From the NCBI GenBank assembly GCA_013360985.1, contig JABWAM010000001.1:1-48419 (forward strand): a stretch of 48,419 nt of DNA, written 5' to 3'. Each line of letters opens with the position of its first letter. Position 1 is the stretch's first letter. Shown piece by piece: positions 18,519-27,436 of this stretch. The position numbers were made by a program, and so were the translations under genes. The notes below the pieces were generated by a model. That model ran no database searches. It was not told the origin of the DNA and was given only the letters and a program-made list of their open reading frames with translations. The stretch is from Verrucomicrobiia bacterium. Its GTDB lineage: Bacteria > Verrucomicrobiota > Verrucomicrobiia > JABWAM01.

Positions 18519-19685
18519 TTACCTCGGACCCGGTTTCCCGGCCAGGGCCCGGGCGATCGCGCGCCCCGCGAGGCGGTGTCCCTCCGGACTGAAATGCTGG
18601 TCGAAAACGAAATAGAGCCGCCGACGGTCAGCCTCCGCTACTTCCGACGCAAACGTCCGCGTCAAATCTACGTGCGCGATCCGATGGCTCGCGAAAAAAT
18701 CGATCAAACGCCGCCGCGGATAGTCCGGATCCCACTCGGTCGTTTCAATCCCCGGATGGCGGGCCAGCGCTTTAAAAAACTCCTCGGGCATCACCGCCTC
18801 GGCGCCTGGAATGAGGAGGACCACGAACCGCGCTTTCGCCGCCTCCACCTCGTCGCGCAGAGTGACGATAGCAGATTCCGTGATCTTCCAAGCTTCCGCC
18901 ACCGTTCCCTCCGGATTCCGCAGATATCCCCGCCAATCCAAGGGCGCGTAGGAACGCTCCCAGAACGGTTTGCCGGCGTCTTCGGGAGAAATCCGTCGTC
19001 CCCGGCCGAAGCGCCAAGCGCGTCGGAGATCCCGCTGTGCGAGTTTGAATTGCTGATAGAGGACCGAAGGCTCGAGAAACGCGCGATAGAACCAGGAACG
19101 ACGACGCGCCTCCTTCCGCGCCGCCATCGTTTCCTCATATCCAGTCGCGTTGTTCGCCACGTCGTTCCCCAGGAAAAACGCGAGCACCACCGCCTCGGGG
19201 CGAAAGAAAGCGACGACATGCCTCCAGACGAGCAATTCGCGGACGGTGCCCATCCCCGGCACGCCGAAGTTCAACACCTCGATCTTTTCCTGCGGCGCGA
19301 CGCGCTGCAGTTCTCTCCCGGCCACCTGAACGAACGACTCGTCAAAATCCACGCCAACCGCCGCCGTAAACGAATCCCCCAGAAAGGCAATTCGCCGCGT
19401 CCCCGGCGCCGCCTCCTCCGCATGATCGCCATCGGGAAATCCGAGGGCGTTGGTGCGTTGACGGAGGGGCGTTCCCCATTCACTGCGGCCCTGAACACGC
19501 TGGTTCGGCTGAAAACGCCAGCCGATGCGCGCGTCGGGCTGAGTATGAAGGCGGCTCGACGGAAGGAGGTCCGGCCGCAAGCGGCGCATCCCCCATTCCG
19601 CCGCCCAAAGCGCGAACGCAAGCGACGCCAACGCCAACGCCACACCGAGGAGCGCGCGGCGTCCCTTGGAGAAAAAGCTTCCCAT
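18519..19685 (-). CDS. membrane-anchored SGNH/GDSL-type hydrolase
   Basis: N-terminal TM segment LLGVALALASLAFALWAA. Block I RIAFLGDSFT. Block III-like AFFLGNDVANN. Confidence 0.65.
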   Translation of the reverse strand: MGSFFSKGRRALLGVALALASLAFALWAAEWGMRRLRPDLLPSSRLHTQPDARIGWRFQPNQRVQGRSEWGTPLRQRTNALGFPDGDHAEEAAPGTRRIAFLGDSFTAAVGVDFDESFVQVAGRELQRVAPQEKIEVLNFGVPGMGTVRELLVWRHVVAFFRPEAVVLAFFLGNDVANNATGYEETMAARKEARRRSWFYRAFLEPSVLYQQFKLAQRDLRRAWRFGRGRRISPEDAGKPFWERSYAPLDWRGYLRNPEGTVAEAWKITESAIVTLRDEVEAAKARFVVLLIPGAEAVMPEEFFKALARHPGIETTEWDPDYPRRRLIDFFASHRIAHVDLTRTFASEVAEADRRRLYFVFDQHFSPEGHRLAGRAIARALAGKPGPR

Positions 19686-19804
19686 GCGGAAAACATGAAG
19701 ACCGGCGGAAGCGAACGCAAGAAGCGCGCCGTGAGATCCTGTCGCCCCTCGACGGCCGGAAATGCGTCTTTGCGCAAGGAATCGCCCTGCGGCATATTGT
19801 CCTC

Positions 19805-20743
19805 ATGCCCGACGCGAAACTTGTCGAAAACATCCTGCGCTCCTACCGCGAACATGGCGGGATCAATCATCTCGACGGCGCGAATCTCCCCTCGCGCGAA
19901 GCCGTCGCCGACATCCTGCGCGACCTGCTCCGCATCGTTTTTCCCGGATTCTACGATCGCGCCGCCCTGGCGTCCAACCAGGCGGCCGCCGTCATTTCCG
20001 AAACGCTCGCCTCCGTCGCCCGACGGCTGAACCAGGAAATTCGAAAAAGCCTGGCCCACCATCGCCCCGCTCCCGCGACCGACAGCCCCGGCCCGAACCC
20101 CTCGACCGAAGCCCGCCGGATCACCGAAGATTTCCTCGCGGCGATTCCCGCCATCCGCGGCCTGCTCGCGAAAGACGTCCAAGCCGCTTACGAAGGCGAT
20201 CCCGCCGCGATGAGCCGCGACGAAATCATCGTCGCCTACCCCGGCCTCGAAGCGATCTCCGTGCAGCGCATGGCGCATCACCTCTACAACGCGCGCGTCG
20301 CGCTGATCCCGCGCATGATGACGGAATGGGCGCATTCCCGCACGGGGATCGACATCCATCCCGGCGCCAAGATCGGCAGCCACTTCTTCATTGACCACGG
20401 CACGGGCGTGGTGATCGGCGAGACCACGACGATCGGCAGCGGCGTCAAAATTTATCAGGGCGTCTCCCTCGGCGCGAAGAGTTTCCAAAAAGACGCCCAA
20501 GGACGGTTGGTCAAAGGCACGAAACGCCATCCCAACGTTGAGGATGGCGTCACGATCTACGCGAACGCCACGATCCTCGGCGGCGACACCACCATCGGCG
20601 CGCGATCCACCATCGCGGCCAACGTATTCCTCACGCGCTCGGTGCCACCCGACTCGCTGGTCTTCTACGAAGAGACCGATCTCCGGATCGCCCCGAAACG
20701 ACGGCCGGGCGGCCGCGAGCCCGCGCCCGACTTCGCGATTTGA
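19805..20743 (+). CDS. cysE: serine O-acetyltransferase (long form)
   Basis: YEGDPAAMSRDEIIVAYPGLEAISVQRMAHHLY, TGIDIHPGAKIGSHFFIDHGTGVVIGETTTIG and the hexapeptide repeats KRHPNVEDGVTIYANATILGG. Confidence 0.85.
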   Translation: MPDAKLVENILRSYREHGGINHLDGANLPSREAVADILRDLLRIVFPGFYDRAALASNQAAAVISETLASVARRLNQEIRKSLAHHRPAPATDSPGPNPSTEARRITEDFLAAIPAIRGLLAKDVQAAYEGDPAAMSRDEIIVAYPGLEAISVQRMAHHLYNARVALIPRMMTEWAHSRTGIDIHPGAKIGSHFFIDHGTGVVIGETTTIGSGVKIYQGVSLGAKSFQKDAQGRLVKGTKRHPNVEDGVTIYANATILGGDTTIGARSTIAANVFLTRSVPPDSLVFYEETDLRIAPKRRPGGREPAPDFAI

Positions 20744-20758
20744 AAAGCGGCTTCCCGA

Positions 20759-21427
20759 TCAGAAGCGATAACCAAAGGTCAACTGCGGCCCCGCGGCATC
20801 GAGCGCGCGATTCTTGCGTCCAGGCTCTGAAAGGCCTCCGTTCGAAAAGTGCGTATAGTTCCCCGCCACGCGCATGAACCACGACGGGCTGATGTCGTAA
20901 CGGAAACCCAATCCAATGCCGAAGTTGAAGCAAAAATCTTGCCCCTGCCCCTGCTGCCCCTTGACGGGATCCACGTACCCACGCGAGTCGGTGAACCCAA
21001 ACCCGACGTTCCCCTCGATGAACGGAACGATGTCCCATCCGGGTTGCACGAAGTTGTAGCGCGGGCCGTACTGCATCCCGACAAAACGCTCTTCAATCCC
21101 TTCCTTCACCGCCATCCCGAAAGCCCGAAAAACGAACTCGGTGTTCCCCCGAAGAATACCTCCCAATTCGTCGTCCAGCGAAACGTCGTCCAGCTTCAGC
21201 GAAAGGGTCATTTCGGCAGGCACCAGGGTGTACCCTTTATTGTTGGTGCGGACATCCGACACCAGAAACCCCGCGCCCGTCTCGAGCGAGAGATCGTAAT
21301 CCTTGGCCGTCTCTGAGGAGCGGAGCGGCGGAACGGAGGCTTTCCTGATGGGACGCGGATCATCCGCTTGCAGAGCCAGCGGCGCGAGCATGAGAGCGAT
21401 AAGGATCCGATAAGAAGGCGTTTTCAT
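20759..21427 (-). CDS. outer-membrane beta-barrel acyloxyacyl hydrolase (lipid A 3-O-deacylase PagL-like)
   Basis: Signal peptide MKTPSYRILIALMLAPLALQA at the internal ATG 21427. Alternating beta-strand pattern. His/Ser motif YTHFSNGG. C-terminal aromatic residue (GYRF). Confidence 0.65.
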   Translation of the reverse strand: MKTPSYRILIALMLAPLALQADDPRPIRKASVPPLRSSETAKDYDLSLETGAGFLVSDVRTNNKGYTLVPAEMTLSLKLDDVSLDDELGGILRGNTEFVFRAFGMAVKEGIEERFVGMQYGPRYNFVQPGWDIVPFIEGNVGFGFTDSRGYVDPVKGQQGQGQDFCFNFGIGLGFRYDISPSWFMRVAGNYTHFSNGGLSEPGRKNRALDAAGPQLTFGYRF

Positions 21428-21447
21428 GTTGAATGGATGAAAAGCTA

Positions 21448-21466
21448 ATCCTCGAAACCAGAGGAT
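21448..21466 (-). terminator. weak hairpin downstream of the cNMP-binding gene
   Basis: ATCCTC-N7-GAGGAT, followed on the minus strand by TAGCTTTTC. The stem is short and AT-containing. Confidence 0.25.
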
Positions 21467-21518
21467 GCAAGATCGAAATGCCGCGATGACCTCCAACCCT
21501 TCCAAGATCCGCGCCCCT

Positions 21519-22052
21519 TCATCTCCGCATCCCCGGCACGAACGCTTCAGCCTGCGCCGGAGCGTTTCCCGGAGGATCCTGGCGAATCACCTTGGCCGCG
21601 CCGGTCAGAGTGTCCACCTCCACTTCCACCGCGCTCGGCCCGTTCGCGGCCGGCAGCGAGAGTTTGACGCGGAATTTGCGGACGAGCGCCTGCGTGCGCG
21701 TCGCCGTCGCGAGCATGACGTTGCCGGTCCGCAAACGGTCGAGGATCGCCTTGAGGAAAGGCATGCTCGCGGCGGGATCCTCTCGCATCAACTCCGCGAG
21801 GCGGGCGCGCGTCACCCGTTGCGCCCGCACCGATTCGAGAGCAATCACGCTCGCGGATCGAGGCGCGTCGTCGAAAAGCGCCATTTCCCCGATCACCTCG
21901 CCCGCCGACGCGATCGCGAGCGTCTGCTCGAATCCATCCACGTCCGACACGACCTTCACGCTGCCCGACTCGAGGATGAAGGCGTGATCCGCCGTCTCCC
22001 CCTGCCGAATCAGGGCGTCTCCGGCCGCGTACTCTTCGACGCCGGCGGTCAT
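21519..22052 (-). CDS. stand-alone cyclic-nucleotide-binding domain protein (no HTH)
   Basis: 177 aa, GDALIRQGETADHAFILESGSVKV...GEVIGEMALFDDAPRSASVIA (CAP/Crp effector-domain signature). The C-terminal ~60 aa are unassigned. Confidence 0.75.
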   Translation of the reverse strand: MTAGVEEYAAGDALIRQGETADHAFILESGSVKVVSDVDGFEQTLAIASAGEVIGEMALFDDAPRSASVIALESVRAQRVTRARLAELMREDPAASMPFLKAILDRLRTGNVMLATATRTQALVRKFRVKLSLPAANGPSAVEVEVDTLTGAAKVIRQDPPGNAPAQAEAFVPGMRR

Positions 22053-22079
22053 CCCGCCCTCCTCAGGCCTCGCGATTTT

Positions 22080-22196
22080 TCGCCGAAGACGCCATGGAAA
22101 ATCATTCGACCGGGAGACTAGCAGCCTGGAGGGCTTTGGCCAACGGCCAAAAGTCCTTCAGGCGGCTCATGTTTGGCTTTTTGTCGCCGAAGACGC
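22080..22196. repeat. two exact 13-nt direct copies of TCGCCGAAGACGC, each preceded by a T-run
   Basis: Copies at 22080-22092 and 22184-22196, spaced 104 nt apart, in the 244-bp divergent region between the cNMP-binding gene and rph. Confidence 0.6.
22135..22151. promoter_or_regulatory. 17-nt palindrome TTTGGCC-AAC-GGCCAAA (candidate operator)
   Basis: Perfect 7-bp arms with a 3-nt spacer, lying between the two 13-nt repeats. Confidence 0.35.
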
Positions 22197-22296
22197 GGGG
22201 GATGCACGAAACCGGGATGAGCGCCAAGCTGGTCCGCGCGCGGCGGCTCCGTTCGCGAGGCTTGATTCGCTTCCCGCGCGGCGGCACGTTTGCGCA

Positions 22297-23037
22297 ATGC
22301 CCTCCGCCGTTCGCCCCGACCGTCGCGCGCCCGACGCGATCCGCCGCATCCGTTTTCGCAAGCACTTCGCGCCCGGCGCCGCAGGATCGGTGCTCGTCGA
22401 GGCCGGCAAGACACGCGTGATCTGCGCGATCTCCGTCGAGGAAGCCGCTCCCCGCTGGATGCGCGAGCAGAAAGTGAGCGGCGGCTGGCTGACCGCAGAA
22501 TACTCGATGCTCCCCTACTCCACCGAGGATCGAAAGCCGCGCGACATCGCGAAGGGCCGCCTCGACGGGCGTTCGCAAGAAATTCAACGCCTCATCGGAC
22601 GCTCCCTCCGCGCGGTGGTGGACCTCGAAAAGCTCGGCGCGCGCACGCTCTGGGTCGACTGCGATGTGCTGCAGGCCGACGGAGGCACGCGTACTGCGGC
22701 AATCACCGGCGCCTGCGTCGCGCTCGATCTCGCCGTCCGCAAGCTCCGGAAAGCGAAACTCCTCGCCGAAAACCCGATCCAGGAACGGATCGCCGCCGTC
22801 AGCGTGGGAATCGTCGGAGGGCATGCGCTCCTCGATCTCTGCTACGCCGAGGACAAAGAGGCTTCCGTGGACATGAACGTGGTGATGACCGCCAGCGGAC
22901 GCTTCATCGAGGTGCAAGGCGCCGGAGAAGAGGCCACGTTCTCCCAGGAGGAACTCATGGCGATGCTCGCCCTCGCCCGCAAAGGTCTCGCCGATCTTTT
23001 CGCCGCGCAGCGCGCGGCACTCGACGGACGCGCTTGA
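22297..23037 (+). CDS. rph: ribonuclease PH
   Basis: GSVLVEAGKTRVICAISVEE, LTAEYSMLPYST, GRLDGRSQEIQRLIGRSLR and CDVLQADGGTRTAAITGACVAL. Confidence 0.92.
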   Translation: MPSAVRPDRRAPDAIRRIRFRKHFAPGAAGSVLVEAGKTRVICAISVEEAAPRWMREQKVSGGWLTAEYSMLPYSTEDRKPRDIAKGRLDGRSQEIQRLIGRSLRAVVDLEKLGARTLWVDCDVLQADGGTRTAAITGACVALDLAVRKLRKAKLLAENPIQERIAAVSVGIVGGHALLDLCYAEDKEASVDMNVVMTASGRFIEVQGAGEEATFSQEELMAMLALARKGLADLFAAQRAALDGRA

Positions 23038-23071
23038 AGCGAGCTTCTCGGAACCGCTCAATTTCGCGCCG

Positions 23072-23425
23072 ATGTCGGACCAAATCTTCATCGAAGGCCT
23101 GCAGGTGATGACCCACATCGGAGTCACCCCCGAAGAGCGCGCTTCCCCGCAGATGATCGAAGTCTCGCTCGTCATGGACTGGGACCTCGCCCCGAGCGCG
23201 CGCACCGAACGCCTCGCAATGACGATCGACTACGCCGAGGTCCGAGAGCGGGTGATCCACTGCGCCCGCGAGCGCCCCCGCGCCCTCATCGAGACCGTGG
23301 CCGAAGACCTCGCCCACGAACTGATCACCGTCTACCGGATGCGGCGCATCCAGGTCGAGGTGCGCAAGTTCGTCCTCGAACACGCCCGCTGCGCCGGCGT
23401 CCGCATCGTGCGCAGCGGACGATGA
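23072..23425 (+). CDS. folB: dihydroneopterin aldolase
   Basis: 117 aa, MSDQIFIEGLQVMTHIGVTPEERASPQMIEVSLVM...TIDYAEV...IETVAEDLA. Confidence 0.85.
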   Translation: MSDQIFIEGLQVMTHIGVTPEERASPQMIEVSLVMDWDLAPSARTERLAMTIDYAEVRERVIHCARERPRALIETVAEDLAHELITVYRMRRIQVEVRKFVLEHARCAGVRIVRSGR

Positions 23426-23486
23426 AATCGCGTTTCGGCTTGCCAACGCGTTGCGCCATCACGACATTCGGTTTCCGTTCCCTCCG

Positions 23487-24254
23487 ATGAATCGCTTCGT
23501 TCGCCTGGCCCTCGCCGTTCTCGCGTTCGCGTTTCCCGCCGCGGCCGCCCGAGGCGGCGCCGTGTTGACGCGGGCCGGTCAGGCGTCGCTCGGGACGCTG
23601 GTCGAAGGAGAGACCAGCGTCTCTCTCCAGGTCTCGAACGGCGCGGTCGAATATCGCAAAGAAATGCTCCTCTGGCATACGACCGACGCGGAGGTGGACT
23701 CGCTCCTCAAGGCCGCGCGCAAAGCCCGCGCCGAGAATCGCGCGGACGCGGCCCTCGCGCTGTACGACCTGAGCCTCACCCAGGAACCCGCCACGATCGA
23801 AGAAGCCCGCGCTGAGGCTCAAGCCCTTCGCGCTTCGATCGCCCATCAGGCCGCCGTCACCGCCGCGACCAACGCGCCCTCGGCGCCTTCGCTCGTCGCG
23901 CCCGAAGACAAGGTCGCCCAAGGCACGCGCATGATCGAAGGCGGAAAGGAAGTCCTCGCCGCCGCCAAGATCGATCCGGGTCTCGCCGCCGCCGCTCATG
24001 CGACCGCCCAGAAAAATATCGCCGAGGGGGAACGCCTCGTCGCCGAAGGCCAAAAGGAGATCGCGGAACGGCACGCGAAGGCCGCCGCCGCCGAAGCCGC
24101 GGCGCGCGAGGAAAACCGAACCGCCGCGAATCCGACGATGGGATCCTCTTGGACGAAAGAGGAAAAACTCGCGAATGGCGCGGTGGCCCTCCTCGCGGGG
24201 ATCCTCATTTTCAGTTCTCTTCATCGGATCGCAATGCGCGAACCGAAAGCCTGA
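23487..24254 (+). CDS. hypothetical Ala-rich protein with signal peptide and C-terminal TM anchor
   Basis: Internal ATG 23487 gives MNRFVRLALAVLAFAFPAAAA. C-terminal segment ANGAVALLAGILIFSSL. No family recognised. Confidence 0.5.
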   Translation: MNRFVRLALAVLAFAFPAAAARGGAVLTRAGQASLGTLVEGETSVSLQVSNGAVEYRKEMLLWHTTDAEVDSLLKAARKARAENRADAALALYDLSLTQEPATIEEARAEAQALRASIAHQAAVTAATNAPSAPSLVAPEDKVAQGTRMIEGGKEVLAAAKIDPGLAAAAHATAQKNIAEGERLVAEGQKEIAERHAKAAAAEAAAREENRTAANPTMGSSWTKEEKLANGAVALLAGILIFSSLHRIAMREPKA

Positions 24255-24271
24255 CTCCTCCCTCTTTCCTC

Positions 24272-24994
24272 ATGCCTCCTCCCCCCTCGCCATCTCCCGC
24301 CGGCGCGCGCCGCCCTGATCTTCTCCCGAACGAACAGGAGGTCTCTTACGACAACCTCATCGAATGGCTCGACCGCCGCAAGAACTGGCTGATCGGCCTT
24401 TTCGGCGTCGCCGTTCTCGCCGTTGTCGGATTCGTGGTTTGGCGCCTTCAGACGAGCAAGATCGAAAACGAAGCCGCCGTCGCCCTCACGAACGCCCGCT
24501 CTCTCGATTCGCTGCAGAATGTGCTCCAGCGTTTCGCGGGCACCCGTGCGGCGATCTTTGCGGCGATGACACTCGCCGATCATCTCTTCGATCAGGGCGA
24601 ATGGGACAGGGCCGCCGCGCTCTACCAGACGGTCCTGCGCGAAGGCGCCTCCTCCCCGCTCGCGCCGGCCGCCGCCTTCGGGATGGGCGCCGTCGAGGAA
24701 GCGCGAGGCAACAAGGAGAACGCCCTGCGCCTCTACCGCTCGGTCGCCGAGGCCCGCGGCGCATTCGCCGCTCCTCAAGCCGCTTACAGCGCCGCGCGCC
24801 TCCTCGAACGCGAGAATCGGCCTATCGAGGCGCGCCAGGCCTACGAAGACCTCGCCGCGCGCTTCCCCGAGTCCGCCTCGCGCATGGAAGCGCTCGGACG
24901 CCTGGAGCGCCTCAAAGCGCTCCTTCACCAACCGGCTTCCGCCGCCGCCGCCTCCCCCGCCCCCTCCGCGCCCTCTCCGCTGCCCGCCCGCTGA
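24272..24994 (+). CDS. single-pass membrane TPR-like protein (YfgM-like architecture)
   Basis: Internal ATG 24272. TM segment NWLIGLFGVAVLAVVGFVVW followed by TPR-like helices (GEWDRAAALYQTVL, GNKENALRLYRSV, NRPIEARQAYEDL). Confidence 0.55.
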   Translation: MPPPPSPSPAGARRPDLLPNEQEVSYDNLIEWLDRRKNWLIGLFGVAVLAVVGFVVWRLQTSKIENEAAVALTNARSLDSLQNVLQRFAGTRAAIFAAMTLADHLFDQGEWDRAAALYQTVLREGASSPLAPAAAFGMGAVEEARGNKENALRLYRSVAEARGAFAAPQAAYSAARLLERENRPIEARQAYEDLAARFPESASRMEALGRLERLKALLHQPASAAAASPAPSAPSPLPAR

Positions 24995-25023
24995 GTCCTC
25001 TTCCGCGCGCCCGCCGCAAGCGG

Positions 25024-25674
25024 TCACTCCGAACGGCGCGAAAAATCTTTCGCCGCAATGGCCACCGGCAAAAAACTTCGCCGATGCGCGGCGCATGGCC
25101 CGTTTTCCCGCAGCGCGCGCAGATGCGCCGCCGTCCCGTAGCCCTTGTGTCGAGCAAATCCGTAGGACGGATGGACGCGGTCCAGTTCCTCCATCCGACG
25201 GTCGCGCGTGACCTTGGCGATCACGCTGGCGGCAGCGATCGAAAGGGAAAGGGCGTCTCCGCGCACCACGGCCGTGCAGGCGTCTCCCAGAGGCGGCACG
25301 GATCGCCCGTCCACCAGCGTCCAGTCCGGCGGCGGCGAGAGCCCCTCGCGCGCGGCGACCATCGCCATCCATGTGGCTCGCAGGATGTTCACGCGATCGA
25401 TCTCCTCTGCCTCCACACGCGCCACGCCCCACGCCACGCCGGGATCGCGCGTCAGACGCTCGAAGGCCTCCTCCCTCTGCGCCGCGGAAAGCTTTTTGGA
25501 ATCGGTGAGAAACGGATGCGCAAACGATGGCGGCAGAACCACGGCCGCCGCGACGACAGGCCCCGCAAGCGGTCCTCGGCCCGCTTCGTCAATCCCGCAA
25601 ACGCGCGCGAACCCGCGCGCCCAAAGATCGCGTTCGAAATCGAGAGAAGCCGATGCTCCGGATCTCAACGCCAT
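25024..25674 (-). CDS. rnhB: ribonuclease HII
   Basis: VCGIDEAGRGPLAGPVVAAAVVL, DSKKLS, SIAAASVIAKVTRD and GYGTAAH. Confidence 0.9.
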   Translation of the reverse strand: MALRSGASASLDFERDLWARGFARVCGIDEAGRGPLAGPVVAAAVVLPPSFAHPFLTDSKKLSAAQREEAFERLTRDPGVAWGVARVEAEEIDRVNILRATWMAMVAAREGLSPPPDWTLVDGRSVPPLGDACTAVVRGDALSLSIAAASVIAKVTRDRRMEELDRVHPSYGFARHKGYGTAAHLRALRENGPCAAHRRSFLPVAIAAKDFSRRSE

Positions 25675-25698
25675 GGCCGACCTCCCCGGTCGGTCGGA

Positions 25699-26052
25699 TC
25701 AGGCTTCGGCGCGATCCTTGACCTGCACGGCGCCCTTGCCGACGCGCCGGCGCAGGTAGTAGAGCTTCGCGCGCCGAACTTTTCCGCGGTGTTCGACGAC
25801 GATCTTCTCGATGCGGGGGGAGTGCACCGGGAATACGCGCTCCACGCCTTCGCCGTAGGAAATGCGACGGACGGCAAACACCTCCTTGATCCCCGCGCCG
25901 CGCCGCGCGATGACGACCCCGGAAAAAATCTGGATGCGCTCCTTGTCTCCTTCGATCACCTTCGCGTGCACCTTGACGGTGTCGCCCACGGAAAAATCGG
26001 GGACGTTCTTCTTGAGTTGTTCTTTGCTGATCTTTTCTACGATCGGATTCAT
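25699..26052 (-). CDS. rplS: 50S ribosomal protein L19
   Basis: [52 protein letters not shown]...SPRIEKI. Confidence 0.95.
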   Translation of the reverse strand: MNPIVEKISKEQLKKNVPDFSVGDTVKVHAKVIEGDKERIQIFSGVVIARRGAGIKEVFAVRRISYGEGVERVFPVHSPRIEKIVVEHRGKVRRAKLYYLRRRVGKGAVQVKDRAEA

Positions 26053-26146
26053 TTCGAGCTCGGGTGAGCCGAGGCTTTTACCGTAAGCCGATCATCGGTG
26101 GAAAGCCCTTTTTCACGCGCGTTCGTTCCCGTCGCCCCGCGCGCCT

Positions 26147-27319
26147 TCAATACTGGTGCGTGGATTCTTCGCGTGAGATGGGCTTTTCGAATTGATCGCT
26201 GCTCAACTCGACCTTGAAGCGGAGGTCGCCGGCCTTCACCCCCTTCACCGCCACCTGCCACGTGGCGACGGCTTTCGGCGGCAGCAAGGGGAGCGCCTCC
26301 ATGGTGACGACTCCTCCGACAGCCTGGACGGATGTCGCGCCGGACGCGGAGATGAACTCCTGCCCCTCGGGCAGTTGGCAGACCAATCGAATTTGGGTGC
26401 CGTCGGCCGAGCCTTGGTTGGTTACGCGAATGGTGTAGGTCGTGCTCTCGCCCAGTTGGATCGGATCGGGATCATCCTCGGTTTCCAGCAGGATGGCGGG
26501 GATCCCCACGAACTTTGTCCCGCAAGAACAGTGCGCCGCAATCGCGCCGTCGCCGTTCACCGCCGGCCGCAGGGAAAAATCGCCCGGTTCGCGCGAGGTG
26601 AATACCACGCAGACTCGCGCGTCGGAATTGGGCGCCAGGTTCGGAATTTCCCAGCGCACACGCTCCTCGCCGAGGTCGCCGTTTTCTGTCGCCTCGAAAA
26701 GTTGCAGCCCTTTAGGAATGGGCAACTCGATCTTCAATCGCGATTCGGCGACGTTGCCCGTGTTGCTGACGGTGAAACACGCCTTCACCTTTTGCCCGAT
26801 CAGCGCCTTATCGGGGACATGACAGTTCAGCGTCAAGCCGCGGCGAAGATCGGCGCCGAGATCTTCGAGAAAAAAGTTGCTGCAGGCTTTCGGCGTGATG
26901 CAACGGTAGCGGCGGCCGTTCGAGGTAAAGAAAAACTCAAAGGCCGGATAGGGCTGGGCGCCGGCCCAAACCACATCGCGCAAGCAGATCGCCGCTCCGC
27001 GCTCGCGCGAGGACATAAACGGCATCGTATAGCCGACCGGAACTTGGATCTCGGAAATCTCCTGGGTCTCCGCCGCCGTGAAAAGATCCTCCAAGTTCCC
27101 TGTCCACCCCCACTGCTGCAGGACCGCGGCGAAGTCCGGCCGTAACTGCGGATCTCGAAATCGCGCGCGCAAATCGTCGGCCGTCACGATCGGCGGAGCG
27201 AATCGCGTGGCGGGATTGCCCAACCGGGTGGCGCGGTGCTGCGCCGCCTCGGCGGACACGCCAACCGAAAAGAACCCGCCGGCGATCAAGCCGAAAACTA
27301 GAGCCAAGGTGAGTCTCAT
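26147..27319 (-). CDS. secreted DUF11 (conserved repeat domain) protein
   Basis: Signal peptide MRLTLALVFGLIAGGFF at ATG 27319. Two DUF11-like modules: KVKACFTVSNTGNVAESRLKIELPIPKGLQ and ESTTYTIRVTNQGSADGTQIRLVCQLPEGQEFI. Confidence 0.7.
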   Translation of the reverse strand: MRLTLALVFGLIAGGFFSVGVSAEAAQHRATRLGNPATRFAPPIVTADDLRARFRDPQLRPDFAAVLQQWGWTGNLEDLFTAAETQEISEIQVPVGYTMPFMSSRERGAAICLRDVVWAGAQPYPAFEFFFTSNGRRYRCITPKACSNFFLEDLGADLRRGLTLNCHVPDKALIGQKVKACFTVSNTGNVAESRLKIELPIPKGLQLFEATENGDLGEERVRWEIPNLAPNSDARVCVVFTSREPGDFSLRPAVNGDGAIAAHCSCGTKFVGIPAILLETEDDPDPIQLGESTTYTIRVTNQGSADGTQIRLVCQLPEGQEFISASGATSVQAVGGVVTMEALPLLPPKAVATWQVAVKGVKAGDLRFKVELSSDQFEKPISREESTHQY

Positions 27320-27436
27320 CCCCGAATGATCCCCCAAACGCCCACAAAAAAACAGCGCGATTTCATGAATCGATCTTTCGCAAGGCTTGGATGAGAACGG
27401 GGACGCCCCGCCGCCGCGCTCGTTTTTCGAGAAAAA

